Source of the DNA: Candidatus Parcubacteria bacterium
GTDB lineage: Bacteria > Patescibacteriota > Patescibacteriia > CAIXNZ01
Assembly (NCBI GenBank): GCA_026395685.1
Contig: JAPLYG010000019.1
Location: 1-62,097 of the forward strand
DNA: 62,097 nucleotides
Direction of reading: 5' to 3'
The position numbers were made by a program, and so were the translations under genes. Positions within the stretch are counted from its first letter, which is position 1. Every line of letters begins with the position of its first letter. Positions 1 to 8,090 of this stretch are shown piece by piece. Under the pieces are notes generated by a model. It did not search any database. It was given only the letters and a program-made list of their open reading frames with translations, and was not told the DNA's origin.

Positions 1-58
1 GAGGATCCCTTGATCCTCGCTTCATCCCAAGACGGAATAATTTCGAGTAAGTTATTTT
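1..58 (+). repeat. Structured direct repeat, copy 1 (may be cut by the window edge)
   Basis: Hairpin GAGGATC-CCTT-GATCCTC (1-18) and hairpin ATAATTT(37-43)/AAGTTAT(49-55). About 70% identical to 323-380, with compensatory stem changes. Confidence 0.5.
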
Positions 59-150
59 GCCTGCCCAGCACCGAGCCGCGCAGCGGATCTGGTGCTGAGG
101 TCTTGAGACGAGGAGAACAACATTTCAAAAATTCAAACCAAGGAGGCGAG

Positions 151-315
151 ATGGAAACCTGGAAAATGTTCAAGAAACTCTGGAGTGTGGTCCCGCGTGA
201 CTGCCGGTTCGCCTTGATTGAAGAGTTCATCTTCAACCCGAACGCGCTCAGACAGCGCTTCGAAAACGAAGTCGAGTTCCAGGAGGCCCTGGCCTCGCGC
301 TGGACAAATGTCTGA
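151..315 (+). CDS. Small hypothetical protein (54 aa, METWKMFKKLWSV...) between the two structured repeats
   Basis: ATG at 151 is preceded by AAGGAGG (141-147). It is in frame with track ORF 10..315. GC-rich codons, no recognisable domain. Confidence 0.3.
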   Translation: METWKMFKKLWSVVPRDCRFALIEEFIFNPNALRQRFENEVEFQEALASRWTNV

Positions 316-322
316 CATCAAG

Positions 323-380
323 GGGGATCCTCTGATCCCCACCTCATCTCAGGACGGGATAGTCTCGTGTAGATTATTTC
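323..380 (+). repeat. Structured direct repeat, copy 2
   Basis: Hairpin GGGGATC-CTCT-GATCCCC (323-340) and hairpin ATAGTCT(359-365)/AGATTAT(371-377). Same architecture as copy 1, with covarying pairs. Confidence 0.5.
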
Positions 381-513
381 GTTCTGGGACGAGGTACAGA
401 TATCACAAAGCCAAACCCGCTTGAAAAAACCACGTCACTCTCGAGTGACCGTGGCAAGTTTCGGCGGGTCTTTTATTTACAAAAATCGGTTTGTGTAGGG
501 ACATTAATCCAAA

Positions 514-1117
514 CGGACTGACACACTTCAGTGTGTTACCCCATTGTTTCAGATGGTGAAGTAAAATTTATTATCGGATAACTTTCAAATCTTTCATAAA
601 CAGCTAACTCACCAAATTTTTCAATATGTTCATTGAAATCTGACCATTTGTAATCTTTCATTTTTGCCACGTAGCCATGCTTTACCGGATTATGATGATT
701 ATAATTTACATGAGTCCAATAGGACTCGTCCGAATCTAAAATAGCATCCCAATACTGGTGCCATATCTTCCTACCCATACAATTTTCAAGCAAATTTAAA
801 AATCTAGAACTTGTACCGTTAATCAGCTGAATAAAATCTGACAAATTTTTAGCATTCTTAACATCGATAACTAATTGATAATGATTATCTAAAATAACCC
901 AAGAATCACAAATATAATCAAATTTTTCCAAGGAATCCATGATTGATTTATATAAAATTTGTTTTTTCTCGTCATTATCAAAAAAATGCTGTCCCTTTAA
1001 AGTTCTGGCAACAATAAAATACTTGTTATTATCCACAAAAACATGAGGCGGTCTATACAAATTTCTGTCTTTAGGATATTCCATATGTTATTTAACAGAC
1101 TAAAGTCTGTCAGTCCG
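514..1117 (-). mobile_element. Y1 (IS200/RAYT-like) transposase unit bounded by inverted hairpin repeats
   Basis: CGGACTGACACACTTCAGTGTGTTA (514-538) matches the reverse complement of 1093-1117 (CGGACTGACAGACTTTAGTCTGTTA). Each copy contains a hairpin, and the stem differences are compensatory. Confidence 0.6.
536..1084 (-). CDS. REP-associated tyrosine transposase / IS200-like Y1 transposase family protein
   Basis: 182 aa. The overall pattern (PHVFVD..YFIV.R, WVILDNHYQLVI, NYNHHNPVKHGYV) is typical of COG1943/Y1_Tnp RAYT proteins. Confidence 0.7.
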   Translation of the reverse strand: MEYPKDRNLYRPPHVFVDNNKYFIVARTLKGQHFFDNDEKKQILYKSIMDSLEKFDYICDSWVILDNHYQLVIDVKNAKNLSDFIQLINGTSSRFLNLLENCMGRKIWHQYWDAILDSDESYWTHVNYNHHNPVKHGYVAKMKDYKWSDFNEHIEKFGELAVYERFESYPIINFTSPSETMG

Positions 1118-1130
1118 AGACATAATTTAC

Positions 1131-2552
1131 TTATCTAACCCACCCCATTGTCTTGATAAACATGCCAAAGCAAAACCACCAGAGTATTACTCCGGAATAT
1201 TGAGTCCATAAATAATGATCAAACATCATCAGAACCAAAAGTGCAAAAAAAATCGAAGTATAAGCCAAAAACCAAAATAATTTTTGCCGGTAGAAGTCAA
1301 AAATTCCCCGAAACTTAAAAAGCTTTTGAACCCCCAGCAAAACTATATTATCGTCAATCTGATATTTATAAATTTTGCGCAAAGCTAAAATTATCAGCAA
1401 AGCGAAAAAGATAAAGCCGACAATACCAAGCTCTGTCGCCACCAGCATATAAACATTATGAACAGGCTGATAATTATAGGCTGGCAATTTTTCTTTTGAC
1501 TGGTCATACATGGCCTGAGTATAATTTCCCAGTCCGATTCCTGTCAGCCAGGAATCTTGCCATATTTCTTTAGCCTGAGTCCAATATTCAGTGCGCTCAG
1601 CCAAAGATTTTACTTCCAGCCGATTTTCCCCGTTAATTCTTGTTAATATCGGGTCTTTATATATAAGCGCCAAAATTCCCAGGGTTAAAAACATCGCAAA
1701 AATAATCCCGGCAAAAGTTTTTTTGGCCTTTTTATCTTTTGATAAATAAATAAATATGCCCAAGAAAATTAAGCCTATTGCCAGGGCTAAAAATCCGTTT
1801 TTGGAAAAAGTAAAAAATTGCGCGCATAAAATTATTGGCAGACAGGCCCACAGCAAGACTTTTTCCCATTTATGCCGGGCTATAATCAAAAGAACGATCA
1901 GCAGTAAAAAAGCTATTGCCAAATAACCTCCTAAAATATTGGGATGCGGAAAAGTGCCGTAAGCTCGCAGCCAGCGCATGGAATCAGATTCAATCACTGC
2001 TGTTCCGGCAGTTGAACTGTTTTGGGCGGCCATGCCCAACCATTTACTGGCCAATACCTGCTGAGTCATAAACTGGTAAATTGCCAGGACAGACTGGACT
2101 AAGGCGCCTAAGACAAAAGCTCCGGCAATATTTAAATAACTAAATTTAAAATTAATAATCAGCACCAAAAGACCGAAACCCTCCAATAAACGCAAAAGAT
2201 AAAGCAATGAAATTTGTTTGTCAGCGGAGAAGAAAAGGCTTATCGCGCCAATAATAATAAAGAGTAAAATCAGGATATAAAAATCCATTGATTTAAAATG
2301 TAAAAATGAAGTCTCCCAGTCATGGCTAAATAACCGATGAATCAGCCCCAAAAATAAGATAACAACCAATATAATTTCTGTTCCATAAAAACAAAAAGCC
2401 AGGTATTGGCTGGGCTCCGCACCAAGTAATCCCTTTTTCCAGATCCAACAGGTTTGGAGAGGCAGTAAAAACACAAAGAGATAAAAAAGATATTCGATAA
2501 TTTTGTCTAATTTAATCATGAATTTATTATAACAATTAAACCTTTTAAACAA
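1131..2552 (-). CDS. O-antigen ligase/polymerase (Wzy_C-like) family polytopic membrane protein
   Basis: 473 aa with about 10+ hydrophobic segments. A central loop RAYGTFPHPNILGGYL and HNVYMLVATELGIVG resemble the O-antigen ligase domain. Confidence 0.6.
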   Translation of the reverse strand: MFKRFNCYNKFMIKLDKIIEYLFYLFVFLLPLQTCWIWKKGLLGAEPSQYLAFCFYGTEIILVVILFLGLIHRLFSHDWETSFLHFKSMDFYILILLFIIIGAISLFFSADKQISLLYLLRLLEGFGLLVLIINFKFSYLNIAGAFVLGALVQSVLAIYQFMTQQVLASKWLGMAAQNSSTAGTAVIESDSMRWLRAYGTFPHPNILGGYLAIAFLLLIVLLIIARHKWEKVLLWACLPIILCAQFFTFSKNGFLALAIGLIFLGIFIYLSKDKKAKKTFAGIIFAMFLTLGILALIYKDPILTRINGENRLEVKSLAERTEYWTQAKEIWQDSWLTGIGLGNYTQAMYDQSKEKLPAYNYQPVHNVYMLVATELGIVGFIFFALLIILALRKIYKYQIDDNIVLLGVQKLFKFRGIFDFYRQKLFWFLAYTSIFFALLVLMMFDHYLWTQYSGVILWWFCFGMFIKTMGWVR

Positions 2553-2564
2553 AAGCTCACATGA

Positions 2565-2593
2565 TTGACAAACCAGTTAATCTATGCTACTCT
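2565..2593 (+). promoter_or_regulatory. Sigma70-type promoter with extended -10 (TTGACA-N17-TACTCT, TGC before the -10)
   Basis: TTGACA at 2565-2570, 17-nt spacer ending in TGC, TACTCT at 2588-2593. Located upstream of the GC-rich ORF. Confidence 0.5.
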
Positions 2594-2650
2594 TTATTCG
2601 ACTAACGTACGTTCGAAATTCCAACCTTTTTGATCAAAGGAGAGTATGTG

Positions 2651-3259
2651 ATGAAAAAAATTCTCTGGACAATCTGCTATCTGTGCTTTTGCGCCAGTCT
2701 GTCATGCGGTGACAGCGGCGGCGGTGGAGGCGGAGGAAGCGGTGGTGGCGGTAATAACAACAATGGCGATACCTACGATGTCATGATTCTTGTTACCGGC
2801 GACAACAATAATAACGGAGTCAATGACAACATCCTGGATGATTTGCTTGTGCCCTATGACGGCACCGAGGTTATCTACTTTGCCCATTCCGCCATGGCCA
2901 GCATTCCGACAACCCTGCCCCTGATGTCCTGGGACAGCAATTATCACGCTTACACGCAGACGATCAACAACCTGACTGCCAACCAGCTCCGCAACTTCTG
3001 GATCTCAATCGAAGAACCAGACCAGGGCGACCTTGCTGGACCAAATGACCTGAGTCCGGTGTTCGGAGTTTATATCCAGATTACCGATAATCTGGATGGC
3101 GGAATCTGCACTGACCTGCTGGTCCATTATTTGCCGATCGCTGAAGACGACCACCACAATATCCTTTATGCCGCAAAAATCGAAGGCGTCGATCCAGTGC
3201 TCGGCTGTATAAAACAGCTGGCAGACAACCGCACCGTGGTCTTTAACACGGGCAATTAA
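2651..3259 (+). CDS. Secreted/possible lipoprotein of unknown function, strongly GC-rich, with a Gly/Asn-rich linker
   Basis: ATG at 2651 follows AAAGGAGAG. Signal peptide MKKILWTICYLCFCASLSCG, then G9SG4N4. Codons are G/C-ending, unlike the neighbours. Start refined from the track TTG at 2630. Confidence 0.6.
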   Translation: MKKILWTICYLCFCASLSCGDSGGGGGGGSGGGGNNNNGDTYDVMILVTGDNNNNGVNDNILDDLLVPYDGTEVIYFAHSAMASIPTTLPLMSWDSNYHAYTQTINNLTANQLRNFWISIEEPDQGDLAGPNDLSPVFGVYIQITDNLDGGICTDLLVHYLPIAEDDHHNILYAAKIEGVDPVLGCIKQLADNRTVVFNTGN

Positions 3260-3271
3260 GTAAAAACAAAA

Positions 3272-3303
3272 CCGGCCATCCCTGTGGATGCGCCGGCTTT
3301 TTT
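3272..3303. terminator. Bidirectional intrinsic terminator between convergent genes
   Basis: CCGGCCATCC-CTGT-GGATGCGCCGG stem, followed by a T-run on the plus strand and preceded by an A-run. Confidence 0.6.
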
Positions 3304-4270
3304 AATATTGAGATAATAAAGAATCTCTTTTCTTTTCAAATTTTTCCAGATATTCCAGTCGCCTGTCAGTTTCATGGAACTTGAGCATAGAATCAGTGAT
3401 AATCACGCGCTTGTCGCCGATAACAGCCATATCTTTTTTGCGCTGAGACATTAATTTCCTTTGTATCTTCTTGACTTTATCTTCCAGCCAATTGCCGATT
3501 ACTCCCCGCAAAATATATTCTTTAGATTTATATATTGCCTTGCTAAATCCGGTATCTGAAACCCGAAGACGATCTCCCGGTTCTTGAGCCAAAAAATTGG
3601 GAAAATACTTTTGCAGCCAGGGATTAGCCCCGATTAATTTGGCATAACAATTTTCACGCTGGTAAATCGGCTGCAAAGTAGCCAGCCAAAAATCGAGATA
3701 AATATCATCCTTATCAATTTTAATCTCAGATAAATCCAGATTATCCTCAGCCGCGTAAAAACTTAAACAAATTTTATCTTTGGCTTTTTCTTTGGGCGGA
3801 CGCAAACCCAATAAAGTTATAATAATAATGAGTGCCAGGCGCGTAATCCATAATCTCCCCTTGCTGGTAATGATAAATAAATCAATATCGCTTTCTTCAC
3901 GCGCGTTATTAAATGACAAGCTGTTGCAAACGGCAATTAATTTAATAAAAGGCAAGAATTTGAAAATTCGCACCGCCCGCTTGGCTAACTTATATTTTAT
4001 TGCCGCCAGATTGTAGCGCTCCAATCTCAAATCGATAATATTGTTCCGACCATTTAAAATATAAAAACCGCGTTCCGCGGTCAATAATTTGCTCAAAACC
4101 GGACTATTTTTTAAGCTGTCCTCAATTTCCGCCAAACTAAAATTTCCGCCATACATGCCGCCACTGTATAAATACTGATGAATTTCCATACTGGTCAGCG
4201 GATAATCAAACAGATCAAAATAGATGACGGTATTGAGAATAAAAAATTCTATATAGTTGATGTTGTACAT
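3302..4270 (-). CDS. Hypothetical protein, possible nucleotidyltransferase-fold domain
   Basis: 322 aa. A central ...REESDIDLFIITSKGRLW... resembles a Pol-beta-type NTase acidic motif. Otherwise unrecognised. Confidence 0.4.
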   Translation of the reverse strand: MYNINYIEFFILNTVIYFDLFDYPLTSMEIHQYLYSGGMYGGNFSLAEIEDSLKNSPVLSKLLTAERGFYILNGRNNIIDLRLERYNLAAIKYKLAKRAVRIFKFLPFIKLIAVCNSLSFNNAREESDIDLFIITSKGRLWITRLALIIIITLLGLRPPKEKAKDKICLSFYAAEDNLDLSEIKIDKDDIYLDFWLATLQPIYQRENCYAKLIGANPWLQKYFPNFLAQEPGDRLRVSDTGFSKAIYKSKEYILRGVIGNWLEDKVKKIQRKLMSQRKKDMAVIGDKRVIITDSMLKFHETDRRLEYLEKFEKKRDSLLSQY

Positions 4271-4364
4271 AAATTTTGGTTGGTAATACGTTAATCGTTT
4301 TACGTTTAACGTTACGGAAAACGTATACCGATAATCGTAACGAACTTCGAAACCGAATAACGAA

Positions 4365-4682
4365 TTACGATTTTTCAGCAGAAATCACTGGCTCTGTGCT
4401 TTCCAGTTTACCGACCTTGGCTAATCTGTCTTTAAGCTCACTTTTTATTTTGATAACATTATCTTCAACTATCATTTTATCCTTATCCAAAAAAATAATC
4501 TGGCTGCGGCTAATAATCAAACCAGAATCCCAAATGCCAGCCAAGCCAATTCTTGTCTTAACTTCATATTTTTCAATTATGCCTGAATCTGTTTCCAGCT
4601 CAAAGCCTGAAACTCTGCCCAAATACTGTCCGCTTTGGGTTTCAACTCTGATTCTTTTAAGCTGTCCTGATGAAATTCGCAT
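4365..4682 (-). CDS. PRC-barrel-like small protein (YlmC/YmxH-like)
   Basis: 105 aa. An N-terminal GxxV.T.SGxxLGRV..FE.D..G.I pattern is typical of a PRC barrel. Sits directly downstream of yidC. Confidence 0.45.
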   Translation of the reverse strand: MRISSGQLKRIRVETQSGQYLGRVSGFELETDSGIIEKYEVKTRIGLAGIWDSGLIISRSQIIFLDKDKMIVEDNVIKIKSELKDRLAKVGKLESTEPVISAEKS

Positions 4683-4690
4683 AATGAATA

Positions 4691-5446
4691 TTATTCTAAA
4701 GTTTCAATTTCAGTATTTTTATGTTTGCTAAACATCCACAGCTGCTGTAAAGCCATAAGCAACGTGGTTAAAAACCAATATAAAGTAAGACCGGCCGGCA
4801 AATTAATACCAATAATTATGGTCATTATCGGAAAAAAATAAATCATTTGCTTATTCATAATCGCTGTCATTTTTTCATCGCCCGAACCCTCTATTTCTTT
4901 GCCTTTAATTAGAGGCGGCTTTCTGGTTAAAAGCATCTTGCTCTGCCAAAATTGCGCCGCCCCGGCTAAAAGCGCCAAAATCCACATTGGTTTTGATAAA
5001 TCAAAATAGCCTAAGGAAAAAGTATTGATTGTCCCGGGGTTGCTTATAAACGGATAAAGCAATTCCATGCTTTGAGATTTTAAGCCATGGATAAAGACCT
5101 GATATAGGGCAATTAAAAACGGCAGCTGGATTAAAAGCGGAAGGCAGGAAGATAAAGGATTGATTTTTTCATTTTTATAGAGAATCATTAATTCTTTGGC
5201 TAATTTTTCCTGATCATCTTTTAATTGTTTCCTCAAAGCATCCACCTTGGGCTGAATTTCCTGCAATGAACGCTGTGATTTAATTGACTGATAGTATAGA
5301 GGGAATAAAATCAAACGGATAACAATCGTTAAAATCACAATTGCTAAACCCACATCATGGCCCGGGATAATATTATACAGCCAGACTAAGGCGTTGAATA
5401 AAGGCTGATAAAAAATCAAATTATACGCGCTTATAAATAAATTCAT
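4691..5446 (-). CDS. yidC: YidC/Oxa1 family membrane protein insertase (short form)
   Basis: 251 aa. LYKNEKINPLSSCLPLLIQLPFLIALY and the C-terminal PAGLTLYW motifs are characteristic of YidC. Confidence 0.85.
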   Translation of the reverse strand: MNLFISAYNLIFYQPLFNALVWLYNIIPGHDVGLAIVILTIVIRLILFPLYYQSIKSQRSLQEIQPKVDALRKQLKDDQEKLAKELMILYKNEKINPLSSCLPLLIQLPFLIALYQVFIHGLKSQSMELLYPFISNPGTINTFSLGYFDLSKPMWILALLAGAAQFWQSKMLLTRKPPLIKGKEIEGSGDEKMTAIMNKQMIYFFPIMTIIIGINLPAGLTLYWFLTTLLMALQQLWMFSKHKNTEIETLE

Positions 5447-5507
5447 GAAAAAAATTATAAATATTTAGTAGCTGATTTAAAGCTAAGAAGCCTGAATGAT
5501 TCGGGAA

Positions 5508-6935
5508 TTATTCCTCTTTCTTTTTCTTTGCCTTTTTTTCTTTGACCGGCTTTTCTTTTTTCACTTCTTCAACTTCTTTTTTGTCTTCATTCTCAGGCAA
5601 AGCAACAGCCGGAGCCTCAGTGATTGCTTCAAGAGGCACTTCTTCTTTTTCACCGGTGCTTACTTCCTTTAAAATATTTATTTTCCAGCCGGTTAATTTT
5701 GCGGCCAAGCGGACATTCTGCCCCTCCTTGCCGATGGCTAAGGAAAGCTGGTCTTCTCTTACTGTCACGACAGCTGTCTTATCTTTTTCATTTAGTTCAA
5801 CGCTGATTACTTTAGCGGGCGACAAAGAATTGCCGATAAATTTGCTCTGCTCTTCATTCCATTCTATTATGTCTACTTTTTCTCCGCCTAATTCATTGAT
5901 AATCGTCTGAATTCTGGAGCCGCGCTGTCCGACGCAGGAGCCGATCGGATCAATATTCTCGCTATTAGATTTCACAGCCACTTTTGAGCGGGCACCTGCT
6001 TCACGGGCAATCGCCACGATCTCAATTGATTTATTGTTAATTTCAGGAATTTCATTTTCAAATAATTTGCGCAACAGATCAGAACTTGATCTGGAAACAA
6101 TAACCTCAGGCCCTTTAATTGACATTTCAACCCTGGCTACATAAAACTTCATTCTTTCCCCGGGATTATAACGTTCATTTTTTATTTGTTCTTCCAGCGG
6201 CATGATAGCGGTTACTTTGCCGAAATCAACCAAAGCCCCTCGGGCTTCGCGGCGCTGAATAACACCGGTAACTAATTCATGTTCTTTTTCTTTAAATTCC
6301 TTAAAGACTGATTCTCTCTCAGCCTCTCTGATTTTCTGGATGATTACCTGCTTGGCAGTCTGAGCTGCCATACGTCCAAAATCAGAAGGAATTTCCAACG
6401 GGATGATCAATTCCTCGCCGACTTCGGCTGATTTTTTAATTTTCTTGGCATCATCAAGTAAAATTTCGGTTTTAGGATTAAATTTAACAGCTGCATTTTG
6501 CTCAAGTTCATTAAAATCTTCTGTTTCCATAGATACTGGCTGCGGTATTTTTTCTTCAACTTTCTCCTCTTCTTTTTTGGCTTTTCTGCCTTTTTTCTTT
6601 GGAGCTGCTTTTTCCTGTTTTGCTTCTTCTTTTACTTCTTTGGCTGCCGCATCTTCCTCGGACAATTTAACATATTTTTTATCACGACCTAAAGCATCAA
6701 TTTCCGCAATTATTTCCGGAGGGAAATCAACAATAATTTTTTTATCATTCACTGCCATATTGCCGCTCTCTAAGTCAAAATTAAAAATAATATTTTGGTT
6801 TTTATGTCCAAAATCCTTGCGATAAGCAGCGGCTAAAGCTGAATCAATTGTTTCCATGATTGATGCTTCAGACAAGCCTTTTTCAGCTGCAATTTGTTTA
6901 ATAGCCTGTTGGATTGTTTTAAGGTCTAAATTCAT
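5508..6935 (-). CDS. nusA: Transcription termination/antitermination factor NusA with K/E-rich insertions
   Basis: 475 aa. NusA N-terminal domain, S1-like segment (VTGVIQRREARGALVDFGKV) and two KH regions (GSCVGQRGSRIQ, LAIGKEGQNVRLA). Confidence 0.85.
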   Translation of the reverse strand: MNLDLKTIQQAIKQIAAEKGLSEASIMETIDSALAAAYRKDFGHKNQNIIFNFDLESGNMAVNDKKIIVDFPPEIIAEIDALGRDKKYVKLSEEDAAAKEVKEEAKQEKAAPKKKGRKAKKEEEKVEEKIPQPVSMETEDFNELEQNAAVKFNPKTEILLDDAKKIKKSAEVGEELIIPLEIPSDFGRMAAQTAKQVIIQKIREAERESVFKEFKEKEHELVTGVIQRREARGALVDFGKVTAIMPLEEQIKNERYNPGERMKFYVARVEMSIKGPEVIVSRSSSDLLRKLFENEIPEINNKSIEIVAIAREAGARSKVAVKSNSENIDPIGSCVGQRGSRIQTIINELGGEKVDIIEWNEEQSKFIGNSLSPAKVISVELNEKDKTAVVTVREDQLSLAIGKEGQNVRLAAKLTGWKINILKEVSTGEKEEVPLEAITEAPAVALPENEDKKEVEEVKKEKPVKEKKAKKKKEE

Positions 6936-7082
6936 ATTTGTTACTAATCTACGAATTGACTGCGAATCTACTAATTATTCCTCAAATTTTAAGCAATAAT
7001 CTCGTATATTCTAAGCCGTTGTAGAATATTAATTAATATTTATTTTTAAGCATTTTTAAATAATTTCCTCAAATCCGTTGAT

Positions 7083-7159
7083 CTGCCTGCCGGCCGAAGC
7101 TGTCCACCGACCTGTCCACCGAAGCGTAAGCGTAGGTGGAAGCGTAAGCGTAGGCAGGT
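7083..7159. repeat. Compound GC-rich REP-like palindromic element
   Basis: Nested hairpins: CCTGCC...GGCAGG enclosing GTCCACC-GAAGCGTAAGCGTA-GGTGGA. Related copies lie at 9496-9556 and 44411-44483. Confidence 0.6.
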
Positions 7160-7269
7160 ATCATTCTTAAAAAATAAACTAGTTTAAAATACATTAAACT
7201 AGTCTGTTTATAGTATATAGCACTTAAAGCTAAAAGTCAAATTCATATAACCCTGCCCTTATCCTCTGT

Positions 7270-7629
7270 TTAAGCAATGCTCTTATAATGCCTGATAATT
7301 GCTTTTCTTTCTGCCTTATCAATTAAAACAGCGACCAGATCATAGCGATAATTATCGCTGTTAAACCCTTGTTTTGTCATATACTTGAAAGCCGCTTCCT
7401 GCATTTTGGCCAATTTTTTCTTATCAACTGCTTCTTCTGGCAGGCCGTACTTATTGCTTAAACGCGTTTTTACTTCAATAAAAATAAGCTGCCCGTCTTT
7501 GGCCGCAATCAAATCCAACTCGCCTTCCAAAATCCTAAAATTTTCCCCGTAAATCCGGTAACCTCTTTTTAATAAATAGTTCTTAGCCAAATCTTGCCCG
7601 AAACTGCCTATTTTTATTTTATCTGACAT
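7270..7629 (-). CDS. YraN family (UPF0102) endonuclease-like protein
   Basis: 119 aa. GELDLIA..G.LIFIEVKTR is the typical YraN PD-(D/E)xK motif. Confidence 0.75.
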   Translation of the reverse strand: MSDKIKIGSFGQDLAKNYLLKRGYRIYGENFRILEGELDLIAAKDGQLIFIEVKTRLSNKYGLPEEAVDKKKLAKMQEAAFKYMTKQGFNSDNYRYDLVAVLIDKAERKAIIRHYKSIA

Positions 7630-8054
7630 TATTTAACCAGATATTTTTTTAAACGTTGTTTTTGTTCTAATGATTTTTGCTGAACAGGCACTTCAACGAA
7701 ATAATAACGGACAATAAAGCCCAACCAGATAATGCCGGAAATTAACCAAACTAAAACCCAAAAACGGCCGCCTAAAACAGGGATGGCTTCATAACGGAAA
7801 AAGAAAATAAAAGTGAAACTGACAGCCATCGTAATGAAAAAGCTGCCAAGCTTGCGTAAAAATTTAACCATTATAAAATTACGCTGAGCTAAAAGTCTCT
7901 TTTCAGCCAAATATAAAAGGCCGAAAGCCCCATAACAGACTACCAAAACTACAAAAAAAAGCTTTTCAAAATAATCTGAAAGCTCGCCCGGATTTACATC
8001 CAGCCAAAAAGGTACTGATACAATTTTCCCCCAATCAATGCCTAGAAATACCAT
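7629..8054 (-). CDS. Hypothetical integral membrane protein
   Basis: 141 aa with four hydrophobic segments. Its stop overlaps the start of the downstream yraN-like gene by 1 nt. Confidence 0.5.
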   Translation of the reverse strand: MVFLGIDWGKIVSVPFWLDVNPGELSDYFEKLFFVVLVVCYGAFGLLYLAEKRLLAQRNFIMVKFLRKLGSFFITMAVSFTFIFFFRYEAIPVLGGRFWVLVWLISGIIWLGFIVRYYFVEVPVQQKSLEQKQRLKKYLVK

Positions 8055-8090
8055 AGTAATCTATAGTTAAGTATTAAGAATTTTAATTAA

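Noticed and set aside
10-150. N-terminal 47 codons of track ORF 10..315
   Set aside because: The extension runs through repeat copy 1 and a GC hairpin and has no start context. A strong AAGGAGG precedes the internal ATG at 151, so only 151-315 is kept, and at low confidence.
1-380. CRISPR array or integron attC sites as an explanation for the two repeats
   Set aside because: There are only two copies, about 320 bp apart, about 58 nt long and only about 70% identical. They have no GTTRRRY/RYYYAAC core pair and do not form a single imperfect long hairpin. Neither a CRISPR nor an attC architecture fits.
2702-2947. 81-aa minus-strand ORF; similar ORFs at 53281-53565(+), 53294-53578(-), 53669-53857(-), 55929-56207(+) and 56229-56426(-)
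   Set aside because: These are antisense or out-of-frame shadows inside GC-rich ORFs. They have no RBS and their translations are repetitive.
4276-4731. 151-aa plus-strand ORF
   Set aside because: It is antisense to the PRC-barrel gene and the yidC 3' end and begins inside the CpG-heptamer tract. The translation is low-complexity (L/S/I-rich), so it is spurious.
5542-6825. Several plus-strand ORFs (5542-5910, 5624-5806, 6403-6825, 6498-6692)
   Set aside because: They are antisense to nusA, and their translations of the K/E-rich repeats give F/S/L-rich nonsense.
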